Below are positions 42,165-53,423 of a stretch of DNA of 64,000 nt, one piece after another. The stretch lies in contig CBFFSA010000001.1 of the NCBI GenBank assembly GCA_965644495.1, forward strand, positions 124,001-188,000. Direction: 5' to 3'. The DNA is from Perkinsela sp. CCAP 1560/9. Lineage: Eukaryota; Protista; Euglenozoa: Kinetoplastea. The notes beneath the pieces were generated by a model. The model was given only the letters and a program-made list of their open reading frames with translations. It was not told the origin of the DNA and did not search any database. Both the position numbers and the translations under genes were made by a program. The stretch's first letter is position 1; every line of letters begins with the position of its first letter.

Positions 42165-43469
42165 ATGAGCCGAAATGCCGATGTACACTCCGGAAACAAA
42201 GAGCCGTCTTTGGAAGAATATCGCGAGAAAGAGCGACGTTTTGCGGAGAGTCAACACAATCCATTGTCATGTCATCACTTCACCCCGCACGAATTCTATT
42301 TCGTGCCTCCAAAATTTTCGAAGAAAGAGAATAGCAAAGTAGATTTAACTACAGACGAATTTGTACAAGTCATAAATGCAGTGGTTCATGAACACTTACC
42401 TCCTTGTATACCCCAACAAGTCAGTATCGGAAGTCAGCTCAATGAGATCGAATCAGATAGACCCAATGAAGACAAAACGGTGTACGCAATACTATCGAGT
42501 GCATATGCTAGCTTTTTTTACCGTGCCTCTGCAGAAGGCTCAGTACCATTTGAAGCCGTGCCTTCTAATGAAGAATTTTCTAAGAAAGAGCAATGTAATA
42601 TTGATGATCAGCTTTGGTCGAGGTTACAGGAGAACCTAAAATACTCCACACGAGAAACTAAATTTTATGCCGAATTATATTCTATTCCGCGTGTCTTGAA
42701 TTTCATCGAAAGAAACGTAAAGTCCATCAATGCTTTCAACAAGCAAGAAGGAAGTGTATTCATGACCCTAGTGCTAAAACTGTTTTTGCTGCGGCTCACT
42801 AAAAAGGGGTTACGAAAACTGTTGAAACACTCCAATCCCTACGTCGTTGCCTCAGGTCTCGTTCTTGCACGGTACGTTCTTTCACCCGAAGACCTTGATG
42901 ACTTGTTAATTCAACCACACCTCTTACTCACCCCGCAGGATGCCTCTCATACGGTTACTACAGTAAAAGGGGAATCAATGACCATCGCGGAACTAACACG
43001 TCGTTTAGTAGAGGAAGACGAGCTCCTTGAGGCGTGGTTCCCTACCTATCCCACCCATATTCTCTCAACGTTACGAACTCACGTGGGTGAGGTACTAAAA
43101 GGAGAAAGGAAAAGTCCCGTTGCGTATGATAGGAAAGGAACGGACGCGTATATCCAGTGTTCACTGGTTCAAGGATTCGAAAGTGTTGGAAGTTTGGTGC
43201 ACTACGTCAACACAAATGCGAAGTCCGAGGGGGATGTTGTTCCTGGAGCTGATGGATGCTTTGTCGTTCCGCCGACTCCTTCCATGTATCAAATGAATCA
43301 GAAACGCACCAAAGAAGCTTCATTGAGCAGCAAGGAATCTCGAAAGAAAACAAAACGGGAGGTTCCCCCAATAAGAATTCACGGCGTATCTTCAATCGAT
43401 GAAGAATTAGCTAAGACACAGAATAAGTCAAAGAAAAAGCATCCTATCAGCAGCACGCCCTATTTGTAA
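42165..43469 (+). CDS. PRP38-family splicing factor (PRP38B-like)
   Basis: F..LVLKLF.LRLTKK.LR.LL.H.NPYV...GL...RY...P.DL motif. Confidence 0.75.
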   Translation: MSRNADVHSGNKEPSLEEYREKERRFAESQHNPLSCHHFTPHEFYFVPPKFSKKENSKVDLTTDEFVQVINAVVHEHLPPCIPQQVSIGSQLNEIESDRPNEDKTVYAILSSAYASFFYRASAEGSVPFEAVPSNEEFSKKEQCNIDDQLWSRLQENLKYSTRETKFYAELYSIPRVLNFIERNVKSINAFNKQEGSVFMTLVLKLFLLRLTKKGLRKLLKHSNPYVVASGLVLARYVLSPEDLDDLLIQPHLLLTPQDASHTVTTVKGESMTIAELTRRLVEEDELLEAWFPTYPTHILSTLRTHVGEVLKGERKSPVAYDRKGTDAYIQCSLVQGFESVGSLVHYVNTNAKSEGDVVPGADGCFVVPPTPSMYQMNQKRTKEASLSSKESRKKTKREVPPIRIHGVSSIDEELAKTQNKSKKKHPISSTPYL

Positions 43470-43728
43470 TGCTTATGCAAGGGGGGTGTATAGGCTCTCT
43501 ACGCATCGCTACAATAACGATGCCGAAAACTAGTTAACTTCAACTTCTTCCGCTCATTGTACCATTGTCACTTAGAACGGTAAACAGTGAGAAACAGATT
43601 TGCTAAAAAATTGTTTCGTCAATGGCACAACATTCTAAAATACTCAAGATTTTATTTTATCCTGCCTTATCCCAAATCTGTTTTTGTTAGAGTTTATTAG
43701 CCTCTATTTCACTCTTACTCGGAACCTA

Positions 43729-43944
43729 ATGTCTGAGGAGCCTGTGGATATCAAACCCGAACTAGATGAGCAGTGTCTTAAGACTGATGAATGTCTGGCC
43801 AAAATTTTAGAGTATGAAAAATGTATGGAGCGTATTAAGGATATTGAACCTATTCGTGAGCCACATTGTTGGGGTCAATACTTCGAAATTGTACATTGTG
43901 TAGACGTCTGCACTCACCCTAAATTATGGCCCACGTTAAAGTAA
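43729..43944 (+). CDS. QCR6: Cytochrome bc1 hinge protein
   Basis: EEPVDIKPELDEQC...C....EYEKC.ERI......HC.GQYF....CVDVC..PKLW..LK. Confidence 0.9.
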   Translation: MSEEPVDIKPELDEQCLKTDECLAKILEYEKCMERIKDIEPIREPHCWGQYFEIVHCVDVCTHPKLWPTLK

Positions 43945-44329
43945 GCTTCTATCTACGAATTTATGCTTATTTACGAGTAACAAAAAATCTTCGTGCAGTA
44001 TCTTGACAAGACTTATTTTAATATTGAAGGGCGTCTCCGCAGCTGCTCACTATTTCGCACCGTCCACGTTCTTTACACATGATCCCACTTAACTTTATAC
44101 GACCAAAATCTTGTTTGCCACAAAATATATACATGTACATTTCACCATACATGTATGTACATTTTACCATTGTAGTAATACGATAAGAACTGGTGGAAAG
44201 TGAATATAAAAAAATTCGTACGATCATATATTTTTTTGAAACATTAATTGTTAGTTTAGCACAGGTACCAAAGACTGGCATAGTATGTTTACTGATGTGA
44301 AGCTCTTCCATGCTCACTGAGGACGCCAT

Positions 44330-45440
44330 TCATGACAGGGTGTGTATCACGAAATCGGGTGATATATGCCGGTTTGACACCAATGAATCAGCGACTGCTC
44401 CATTTGGTTTCCGTTATGGTCAGCGTGTCTGTACTCCTTTAGGCCCTGCCACAGTTATAGGCGTGCGAGAGGATCAGCTGTGGTTTCAGATTGATGGGTG
44501 TCCGGGTCTGTCCTACTGGGGGTCCTGCCGCAACGAGCTTGACTTTAGTGCTAAGGGGGTCCTTAAGGCCTTGCCTCAATCGAGCAAGGCTCGCGTATCG
44601 CAAAACAGTGAGTTTTCCTATTGTATTGTGAGGCTAAGTTTTATTGCAGATGTTTCCACTGTTTGCCAAGATATCATCAATCCTTTGAATGCCACCTTAC
44701 CTGTTCCTAATATTCTAGAGCCCAATACCCAAGTGGTATTAGTTGCTCTGGTCAATACAATCATACTACAGGGGAGGATGAAGATACACGAAATTACTTC
44801 TTCACAGAGTTTTGTTGACGGCTTTGCATTGGAAAGATTCTTTATTTATTATTTGCGCAATCGATTGATTGTCATCGTAGAGAGATATCAAGGTTTCTCT
44901 TCTCTTGATGGATGTTCTCTCTACAAAAGGCTTCAAGAGTATCATAGAAATGCTAAAAAGGGTTTATGTGCGATTTCTCCTTTTCTTGGCGCTGTGCTTC
45001 AAAATGAGCAACTTTTTACATTTGAATGCGACAAGTTATTGGGTGATCTGCATGGATCCATCAATCGGCTTTCTCGATTCTTTCCCAATACATTCGATGA
45101 AGTTAGCGAGAGTTGTAATACGGAGCTATTGCTCTTTGCAATTCTTGAAATCCCCCTCGTTTCAGCGTCATGCCTTGATGTTGTCACTAATGTTTCCCAA
45201 TACTCAAACTCTCGTTCAGCAAGTTATGTTATTGATTACATTACGGGTATAAAACCGGAATTTGGACGAAACCTTCGCGACCAAATGCAACAAGCTAATT
45301 GTGTACTGCTTCATCTAAGCAGTCGTTACTATACGGTTCTGAAAAAAGATGAAAAATTGTACACTCTTGCTCCACACAGCCATCAAGAATACATCTTATA
45401 TGAGATACCACAACATCCATCTGACCGTGTTACACAATAA
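44330..45440 (+). CDS. Hypothetical protein with an N-terminal 'FDTS..A..PFGF..GQRV...G.ATVIGVR...LWF' module
   Basis: Long ORF; the N-terminal motif resembles a module I associate with euglenozoan proteins (recollection, not verified). Confidence 0.7.
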
Positions 45441-45868
45441 ACCACACATGCCACACATTAGTTTTAGTCCACAATACAACAAAAAAACAAACATTTGGTA
45501 GATAGACAAAAAAACATCAAGCCTTCACTTTCCCTCTCTAAACCTTACACCAACCCCACCCCTCATGCCTATGTGTTCTATGATCACCTTTTTATGTTCA
45601 TTCAACACATAAAACACATTTAACACTTTTCGTGGAGGTGCATTTCTCATCACCAATTACATAATCTTTTGTTTAGCGCATAGCCAAGTGATTCACTACT
45701 GTATTTTAAAAAATCTTTTTAGTCTTCCTGTCTTTTTCCCTTTCTCCGAGTGGAAAAAAGGAAACAGAAGGGTAAGTTCCATTAAATGCCAAAACGTATT
45801 TACTTTTTCTTATCCTTCTTTACTTGCAAAGAAGTTTTCCTTACCTTTCACATTTTTGGTGGAATTAA

Positions 45869-46150
45869 CCCAATATTGCACAAAAAATATTTTTGTCGCC
45901 CCCGAAAAAGAATATTTGAGGACATACAATACTTCTGTTCTGAGATACAGGGGTGAAAACCTCGTGGTGGGGGGGGTCTAAAATTTGTAAAAATTGTTTA
46001 ATTTTGGTAAATAATAGCGCATTCGAGAGCTCTCGCAGAGTTGTATGTTTTAGCACTGATCTTTGTGTTTAGCACTGTATCTTTGTGTTGGGAAATTTAT
46101 GGCATCGAAAATTATAAAATACATTTTTTTTGAAAGTGTGCAATATTGGG
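45869..46150. mobile_element. piggyBac-type MITE (TTAA TSD, CCC...GGG ends, perfect 14-bp TIR)
   Basis: TTAA|CCCAATATTGCACA ... TGTGCAATATTGGG|TTAA; 282 bp, noncoding. Confidence 0.82.
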
Positions 46151-46304
46151 TTAATCTGACCCCCTTTTTTACTACCTTACCCTATTTTACTCACAAAGAA
46201 ACTATCCTTTCCTTTCCCTTATCTCTCCCCTCTCCCTCATCCTTTTTCACTTCCAAAACACTTTTTCTTTCCTCTCTCTTTCCCTTTCCCCTGTCCCCCC
46301 CTCC

Positions 46305-46877
46305 ATGTCCGTCCCCCCCGACACCGTCGCCCTCTCCAACCTCCACCCCCGGGTCGACGAGTCCCTTCTCTGGGAGCTCGCCACCCAGGCCGGCCCCGTG
46401 CTCGCCCTCGCCCTCCCCCGCGACCCCCTCGAGGGCACCCACCGCGCCCTCGCCTTCGTCACCTTCCGCACCCCCCGGGACGCCGCCTACGCCTGTGTCG
46501 TCCTCAACGGCACGCGGCTCTACGACCAGGCCCTACGGGTGGCCCCGAGGGGGGGGCCCGCGGAGGGGGCCGGGGGGGTGGGGGGTGAGGGGGTCAAGGG
46601 GGGGGGCTCCGGGGAGGTCTCCTATATCCATATCACGGGGTTGGACCCTGGGGTGGATGAGGCGGTCCTGGCGGAGACGTTCCGCGGGTTTGGGGGGTTG
46701 GTGGAGCTCCCGGTGGTGTATCGGGATGGGGTGACGGGGAGGAGTCGGGGGACGGCGTTGGTGGGGTATGGGAGTGTGGGGGAGGCGGAGCGGGCGATAG
46801 CGGCGATGGACGAGCAGTATTTTCATAATCGAGTGATACGGGTGGAGAGGAGTACGAGGAATGTGGTGAAAGGGTAG
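46305..46877 (+). CDS. Two-RRM protein, SF3B4/Hsh49-like splicing factor
   Basis: NLHPRVDESLLWELATQAGPV....PRD....H...AFV.F....DAAYA..VLNG.RLY; second RRM GLDP.VDE..L..TF..FG. Confidence 0.82.
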   Translation: MSVPPDTVALSNLHPRVDESLLWELATQAGPVLALALPRDPLEGTHRALAFVTFRTPRDAAYACVVLNGTRLYDQALRVAPRGGPAEGAGGVGGEGVKGGGSGEVSYIHITGLDPGVDEAVLAETFRGFGGLVELPVVYRDGVTGRSRGTALVGYGSVGEAERAIAAMDEQYFHNRVIRVERSTRNVVKG

Positions 46878-47138
46878 GGGGGAGGAAAGGGGGTTGAGAA
46901 AACCTCGTGGTTGTATTCTTTTTTGTGAGGGTTAGATTCCTGAGTCCCGTATGATATGTCAAGAGGTACGTTGCTGTTGTGAGGTGTTTTCTTTATCATG
47001 CTTCTATTTTTTTATGCTAGGTTAGGCACTATTTTCGTCATTTTCTATGAGGAACGTTCTTGGCTACGTCTGCGGAACTAAATTTTACTGTCTGACTCGA
47101 TAAGGGGGTTGTTGTCTACCACCGCTTTTCTACTCCTT

Positions 47139-48026
47139 ATGCAGGGTTCAGATTTCTCAGGCAGTGACATCCCCATAGAAGTCAAATCTCTGCCTTTAGC
47201 GGATTCCTTACCTGTCATCTGGCGAGGTAATATAACGTCGAAATCTGCAACTGTAGAACAAGAACCAGTTAGAAGTCAGATATCCACAGCATTTGTTTCG
47301 AATTATGACACCCCACAGCTCTCCAAACGGCGGCCGAGACGTCTCCCTTCGGGAGCCCCATCTTTTGCAAAAGCGGAAAAAGACTTTGATCCCGAAACAG
47401 GGAGTACATGTATGTCCCATATTTCAAACTTGAGCTCTGTTCTACCGAATGGCTTGCCTGTACCTTCTATACCACGTATAAGACCAGACAATACACGGGC
47501 GGGCATCAAGAATGGCAAAATTTCTCCGAATAGATCTCCATCCTCTAATGCGCTCTCCGTGTTGGTTGTTACCCCAGAAAGCAAAAAAGTTTATAACTTA
47601 TCAATGCGAGAGGACCCTTCTCGGCTATCATCACGAATGCTTAAAATGGCCATGCAGTCAATTACGGGGCACAAGGTTTCCTCGATGGCCTTGTTCCTCA
47701 ACGGAGAATTAGTTACCGATGAAAGGATGCCTTGCCAATTAGGGATCAACACGGAGTCTCTCTTGAAGATTGTGATTTTGGCATCGGGTCCTTCCAACAC
47801 TTCGGACTTCTCTGCAGGAAGATGTTGCAGGTCTGGTATAGAGAATGAGTCACAGAAATCGCACGATGTTCCGTTTCTACTACAACTGTTTGGCGAGAAC
47901 ATTCAGACGAAAACGTTCGTTTCCCTACCGCAAGAGGATAGAAAGGAAATCGTACGACGATTAGAAAAAGACTTACATGAGGCGGAACAGCACATCAGCA
48001 TGTTGAAAAATTACGTAAGCGATTAA
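47139..48026 (+). CDS. Hypothetical protein with a ubiquitin-like domain and C-terminal coiled coil
   Basis: LSVLV....K.Y.L.......LK......TG..V..M.LFLNGELV.DE....QLGI..ES.L.IV. Confidence 0.65.
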   Translation: MQGSDFSGSDIPIEVKSLPLADSLPVIWRGNITSKSATVEQEPVRSQISTAFVSNYDTPQLSKRRPRRLPSGAPSFAKAEKDFDPETGSTCMSHISNLSSVLPNGLPVPSIPRIRPDNTRAGIKNGKISPNRSPSSNALSVLVVTPESKKVYNLSMREDPSRLSSRMLKMAMQSITGHKVSSMALFLNGELVTDERMPCQLGINTESLLKIVILASGPSNTSDFSAGRCCRSGIENESQKSHDVPFLLQLFGENIQTKTFVSLPQEDRKEIVRRLEKDLHEAEQHISMLKNYVSD

Positions 48027-48174
48027 ACGTGGGAATCTAGAAATAATTCAACGACGCTACTTTTTATTTGATCAGCAAGTACTATGTAAAAGATTCTTCA
48101 CAAAGGTACGAACATCATTCTCTTTGTTGTTCCTTGTTCCCTTCGGTCTTGATTTTTGGCCAAATTAATGTTAC

Positions 48175-49542
48175 ATGCTTCAAGTTTATCTCAATTGTAG
48201 TGGTTTCCACGTTTTTTATCGAATGTTTGAAAATGATTCCAAAGGCACTGAGTTCAGAAAATGCACTAAGAGTATAACAAGCGATAGAATTCACATTCTG
48301 GAGGATATACTGCTAAATAGCGCGCCAAAGACCCATTTTTCTGCGTACTGCACTAATACAATTCGAGAATTCCGTCAGTGGGTATCTCATCCTATATATT
48401 GCGGATCGTTCTACGAAGCAGTATTACAAAGTTTAAAGGACTCTCAATCTGATACGCGCGAACAGTACCTAGCCTCTTCGGAACGAGACAAAAATGATCG
48501 CGATGAATCAATTTCTGAGCACTGCAACAAAGAACCGAATTTACGAATAGAGGCTAAAAGCTTTTCTTACTTACGTTCTTATTGTCAATCACTAACGCTG
48601 AGTATTGAGGAAGGTAGAGAATATGCCCTTCATACAAGTCTTTGTAACGTGCTTACTCTGTTGACGTGGGCCCTGGACATTCAGCACCCTCCTACACGTC
48701 AAATCAAAGTATTATGGGAATTCTCGACGTTCCTTAGACATTTTGCAGAAGAGGCAGCATGCTCTCAGTCCGGTGATTTTCTTTCAATTATAAACCTCTT
48801 TCGAAGTAATGTTGAAAGCCATATGAGAAATTTAACACCATTATCTCTTCTAGTATGCATTGAAACTCATTGTCTGGACCTCATAGGAAAACAAAAGCGA
48901 AGTTCACCGATTCGGTGGTCGATTGTATCGGGGAGTCTGTCGTTAAATGATAAATCTAAACCTTTAGAAAACAAAATATCTAAAGAATCGTGTGAAAATC
49001 TCACAGAGAAGGGAATAGAGTATAGTGCGACGCAATATGAATGCGATATGGGCATTACTTCACCCAAAGACAGAATAAAACCTTTGACGGAAACACCGCA
49101 AAGCATTAGTCAGGTAGTTGAGAATGAGTGTACACGTCTCCATGCTGCACTGCACAGCGAAAACAAAATTCACGTTCTTCTGCGTGAGTGGGAGACGATA
49201 TGTCTTCAGAAACTACGTGAAGATGCAGACCCTTCTTACTTCACGGTATTTTTGAATGCAGGTTTGCGCCTTTACTTGCTTTCAAAGGAAGAACTTTCTG
49301 TGGTACTGCGCGATGTGCGAAATATTGTTTGCGACATCGTACACTTGGTGTGCACCGATTTGAAATTCGTAAAAGTCATGACAAGCGCACAATGGCATAA
49401 CATTTCAGTTTGTCTTATTATGCTATTTACACCATTACATCTTCCGGAGCAATTACGCGGCGACCTCACAGAATGCGATGTTACTGGAATTTGGAATTAC
49501 GAAATTGTGCTACGTTTATTACGCCAATTGAACCGTGCGTGA
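48175..49542 (+). CDS. Hypothetical protein
   Basis: 455-aa ATG ORF on the coding strand; no recognised motif. Confidence 0.65.
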   Translation: MLQVYLNCSGFHVFYRMFENDSKGTEFRKCTKSITSDRIHILEDILLNSAPKTHFSAYCTNTIREFRQWVSHPIYCGSFYEAVLQSLKDSQSDTREQYLASSERDKNDRDESISEHCNKEPNLRIEAKSFSYLRSYCQSLTLSIEEGREYALHTSLCNVLTLLTWALDIQHPPTRQIKVLWEFSTFLRHFAEEAACSQSGDFLSIINLFRSNVESHMRNLTPLSLLVCIETHCLDLIGKQKRSSPIRWSIVSGSLSLNDKSKPLENKISKESCENLTEKGIEYSATQYECDMGITSPKDRIKPLTETPQSISQVVENECTRLHAALHSENKIHVLLREWETICLQKLREDADPSYFTVFLNAGLRLYLLSKEELSVVLRDVRNIVCDIVHLVCTDLKFVKVMTSAQWHNISVCLIMLFTPLHLPEQLRGDLTECDVTGIWNYEIVLRLLRQLNRA

Positions 49543-49849
49543 CGTGTTTGTACATACAGTCCAGGCCCCCCAGGCCATGGAGAGCACCGTAAGAGTTTTT
49601 GGCCTAATACCTTCGCCATACGACAGATCTCGAAAAAGTTTTCGCTGTTTTTTTCATCCGCAGTAGTGACCAGAGGGAGACCCCCTTTGTAGAAATCCGT
49701 GGACTGTGTATCGTACACGTTGAGATAGTTGTGGCATTTGCTTATTTACTGTTTCACAAGTGGGTATACGAACGTCTGCCACTATAGTAACACGAATACG
49801 TATGTGTAGAAGATATAGTACTGTGAAGAAGATAAGTAGAAGATATGTA

Positions 49850-51150
49850 CTGTGACCCCCCCTTTAATTTAGACAGGGGGGATCCCCCCCCTTACTATGG
49901 ACAAATCCGACCGGCCGCCGCGGAGCGGCGCCACTTTTTTTGTCACTTTTTTTTCGTCTTTTTTTCTGTTTTTTAGGGTATCTGTAGCTAGGTAATTTCG
50001 TCAGCTTTCACATCACACAAAGGAGAAAACACCGTCCTATCAATCCAAACACCGTCCTATCAATCACTTTTTGTGGCAATCTACACCGCTCGTTTTTTTA
50101 CACAGGGTATGAAAGAAGGCTTATCCGACGGAGCAAGTTCGTCCACGGCCACTTGGACCATGTACCATACATTTTCTATGGGGGAAAGATCTGGTGAATT
50201 GGGAGGCCAATGCTTTAAAATTTCTTTCATTCGGCTTTTAAGAAAGAAAAACGTACCTTTTGGACGACTCGAGACCCCGCCTTCGGAAGCGATTTGCAAA
50301 CCCCATTTTGCCACATATGCTTTTTTCAACTGGAAGTGTGGGATACGCAAGGCCGTAGAGGAAGGAGGAGGCGCAAGGCCAAAAGCAGAAGGTGGAGCCT
50401 TTTTGCCGCAGCGACGACGACTTCCGCGCGTGGGAAGCTCTAAGGAGTCCTAGGGAACATGTTTTTACTGTGTAACCCAGGGTAAAGTGGACGAGGGAGA
50501 TACCAACTGAAATATCAGTGTTATTGTTGTTGTTGTTGTTGTTGTTGGGAGATACCAATAGTGTAGGTGCGGCAGTTTCCACAGAAAAAACAGTATCTCC
50601 CTTATGGCATGAAGACAGGCGCCTAAAAAGGTGGAGACACTGTTTTTTCTGTGGAAATTGCCGTACCTACACTGTTGGTATCTCCCTCGTCCACTTTACC
50701 TTGGGTTGTTAGTATCAAAAATTCGTGTATCTAATATTTTTTCGTCTGAAAATATGACACGCTCAGTTTCCTGATCATAATTTAAAGCAACTTGTACTCT
50801 TTTTGTTTGTTGTAATTCGGTTCCTTTTAGTTTAACTCGTTAAACTGGAAGGGGTACTCCTTATCCTGCTCGTCAGACCACACACCCCACAGCTTCAGCC
50901 CTTCCTTCCGAATCTTTTCCTCGACCATCTGCGTGGGCTCGTTGGGCTCGTCTTTCGGACGAAAAACCGCACTCCTTCCACTGGTCGTTCGCCTGTCGCA
51001 ATCATCAATTTTTTTCTAACGATTGTAGACAAATGTTTTAAAGCTTGGGTGGGCAACGTCTCGGTAGGCGCGATGTCGTCTGCCCCTGGTGTTACACTTC
51101 AAGGATTACGCAAGGATCCTCGTCCGCCCTCGTGGCCATGCATTTTACAG
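49850..51150 (-). mobile_element. Decayed Tc1/mariner-type transposon relic
   Basis: Minus strand: RVIFSDEKILD (~50729-50761) and HWPPNSPDLSPIENVW (within 50081-50350); one terminus TA|CTGTGACCCCCCC at 49850; other end not found, so the right coordinate is approximate. Confidence 0.75.
50474..50707. mobile_element. Foldback MITE (GGGAGATAC family) inserted in the Tc1 relic
   Basis: 34-bp terminal IR AACCCARGGTAAAGTGGACGAGGGAGATACCAAC (33/34), internal IRs and a (TTG)n tract; GT on both flanks. Confidence 0.8.
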
Positions 51151-51172
51151 TCTAGATTTTTTTGCCGTATTA

Positions 51173-53340
51173 CTGTCCCCCCCACTTATGCGCAACCGTT
51201 TGACACGTCTACTTAAGCGCAATATTGAGGCATGACGAACACCTTTTTTTTAGAGGATGGTTTTATACTTGGTCATTTTATGGGTAGTATATATTGTTTT
51301 ATATTTTTTTATGGCATGTACGATTTTTTGTTCATCGACTCATTACACTCTGGCTAGCTTTTTTTTATTTCTTTGGTTTTTTCCATCATGGTTCTCTCTC
51401 CACCTTCAGCTCAATCCTCAGAAGAGAATGTCACCCCCCCTATTCAACCCCCTTCATTGCGCTCCCCACCCTCAGCTCAATCCTCAGCACAAACTAGAAA
51501 ATTGACTAACTGGGTACGGATACAGGAGCCACATCCCCGTATCGGTCAATTGGCGAACTGTCATGTCGCGTCAGCTCCAGCAGCACCATCGCTTCCAAGT
51601 ACTCCAGAAGTTCGCCCCACTTCTCAGCGTAGTTTGACAATGCAAGAGAAGGTTTCGATTTGTAGATCTTCTTGCTCAAACAAAAAGCTTGCAAAAAAGT
51701 ATGGGACCGCGTTATCGACCATTACAAGGATTCGAAAGAATGGTGTACAACACTATCAGAAGCATTTGAATCGAGGTGGTGCATCAAGGAAAAGAGAACA
51801 TGGTTTCAACGCAGAGCGCCAGGGCGCTATGGAATTAGTTCATAGGGATTTACTGGCGTTGCAAAACGGCATGTTTCATATTTCAAAAGATCACGTCTTT
51901 GATCTAATGAATAAACACTCTGTTTTTCCTGAAGAAGTGACGGAACGGAGACGTGAACGTGTCTACCAACACTTCAGATATGTGTTCGGATGGACTTGGC
52001 AGAGAATTGGGAGAATGCATTATGTTGCACCAACAGACACTTTTCGGCGCATACATGGATGGTCCCGTCAGTTCTTTGCACAACATAGTATTCGCAAATA
52101 CTCGTATGTCTTCTTCGGAGATGAAACCGCAGTATTTGTCGATGGCGAAATGCGTGGTATTACGCTTGCGCAAATTGGAACGAAAACTCCCAAAATTGCT
52201 GAAACTAACGGTAAAGAAACCGTCGCTGTTTTCTTGGCAGGCTTATTTGATGTTAATTCTAAAAGCGTTGTGCCACTACCACCCGCGATTGTCTTCGAAT
52301 CGAAGGCTAAATCGCAGGCTTCATCTCGTATTCTCTCTGAGGCTACTCGTGCTTCCACTGGATTATCGAACGCAGTGTACGTTTTTGTATCGGACTCAGG
52401 ATGGGTCAAAAAAGATATATTCTCTAAAATTCTACAACGGTACATGGGAAGTTTTAATGACTCCTGTTTACCTACTGCTATCGTAGTCGATGATTTTACG
52501 GCTCATCGAATCATTTCTTATGTACCCTGCGAGCAACAGGCTCCCGGTGAAAATAATTGCGCTATTCACGTCGTGAACAACTTGTACCGTTCTTTGTTCA
52601 ACAATGACGCGAAAGATGTCTTGACCGGGAAAACGTTGAGCCCGGAGTGGTTTCCTACGGATCCGGACCCTCCTTTTTCTGATACCGAGTCGGATGTCAG
52701 TGTTATGGTCGAAGAACTTGGGACATTGTGTGTAGAAAAGGAAGCTACAGATTGAGATTATTCGCATTGAGTATAATTTTATGTCATTTGTACTTAGGGT
52801 ACATCTATGGGCGCCGTGATACTATATTGAGAACGATGTGCTGTTATGATATTACGTTCCGCTGTGTACTACTACAGCCTTCTACTGCATCATACACAAA
52901 TATACATGGATATACATGTATAAATTTATTACTCGGCCTACAAAAGTTGTTAAAAAATAAGTTACAAGCAGTCTCCTTTTTAGAGTAACTTCACTTTTAG
53001 TCATTTTCCGTTTCTTTTAACGAATCATAGCTACAATAAGCAAATGCACAGAATCGTCAAACATGTTGCATCCCATCCCATCCCATCCCCCCCGCACTTA
53101 CCGAGGACACGAAGGTGAGGAACAGCTTGAAGACGGCACCGATTAGAAGATGACTCACGAAACATAAGTAGACAACATAAATACTAAAAGGCACAGATGA
53201 TAGCCGCGCCGCGAAGCGGCGCGACTTTTTTTATGTTTTTTTTGTCCGAAATATCTTTTCCCCTTGAGATATTTCTGACCCGGCTACTTAAGCGCAATTT
53301 TCGGCGAAAACCCGGTTGCGCTTAAGTGGGGGGGGGGCAG
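51173..53340 (+). mobile_element. pogo/Tigger-like DNA transposon with TA TSD and TIRs
   Basis: TA|CTGTCCCCCCCACTTATGCGCAACCG ... CGGTTGCGCTTAAGTG(n)CAG|TA; contains a transposase ORF. Confidence 0.9.
51388..52755 (+). CDS. pogo-family (CENP-B HTH + DDE_1) transposase, apparently lacking the third catalytic Asp
   Basis: SLTMQEKVSIC...LAKKYG...STITRIRK (psq/CENP-B HTH), FFGDETAVF, SGWV, IVVDDFTAH; no QPLD motif afterwards. Confidence 0.8.
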   Translation: MVLSPPSAQSSEENVTPPIQPPSLRSPPSAQSSAQTRKLTNWVRIQEPHPRIGQLANCHVASAPAAPSLPSTPEVRPTSQRSLTMQEKVSICRSSCSNKKLAKKYGTALSTITRIRKNGVQHYQKHLNRGGASRKREHGFNAERQGAMELVHRDLLALQNGMFHISKDHVFDLMNKHSVFPEEVTERRRERVYQHFRYVFGWTWQRIGRMHYVAPTDTFRRIHGWSRQFFAQHSIRKYSYVFFGDETAVFVDGEMRGITLAQIGTKTPKIAETNGKETVAVFLAGLFDVNSKSVVPLPPAIVFESKAKSQASSRILSEATRASTGLSNAVYVFVSDSGWVKKDIFSKILQRYMGSFNDSCLPTAIVVDDFTAHRIISYVPCEQQAPGENNCAIHVVNNLYRSLFNNDAKDVLTGKTLSPEWFPTDPDPPFSDTESDVSVMVEELGTLCVEKEATD

Positions 53341-53423
53341 TATACTTACATGCCCTATTCTGTACGTTTCTCGTATATTGTTAACACCTAGATAGTACCA
53401 CTTGTTTTGTTTTTCACTCTAAA

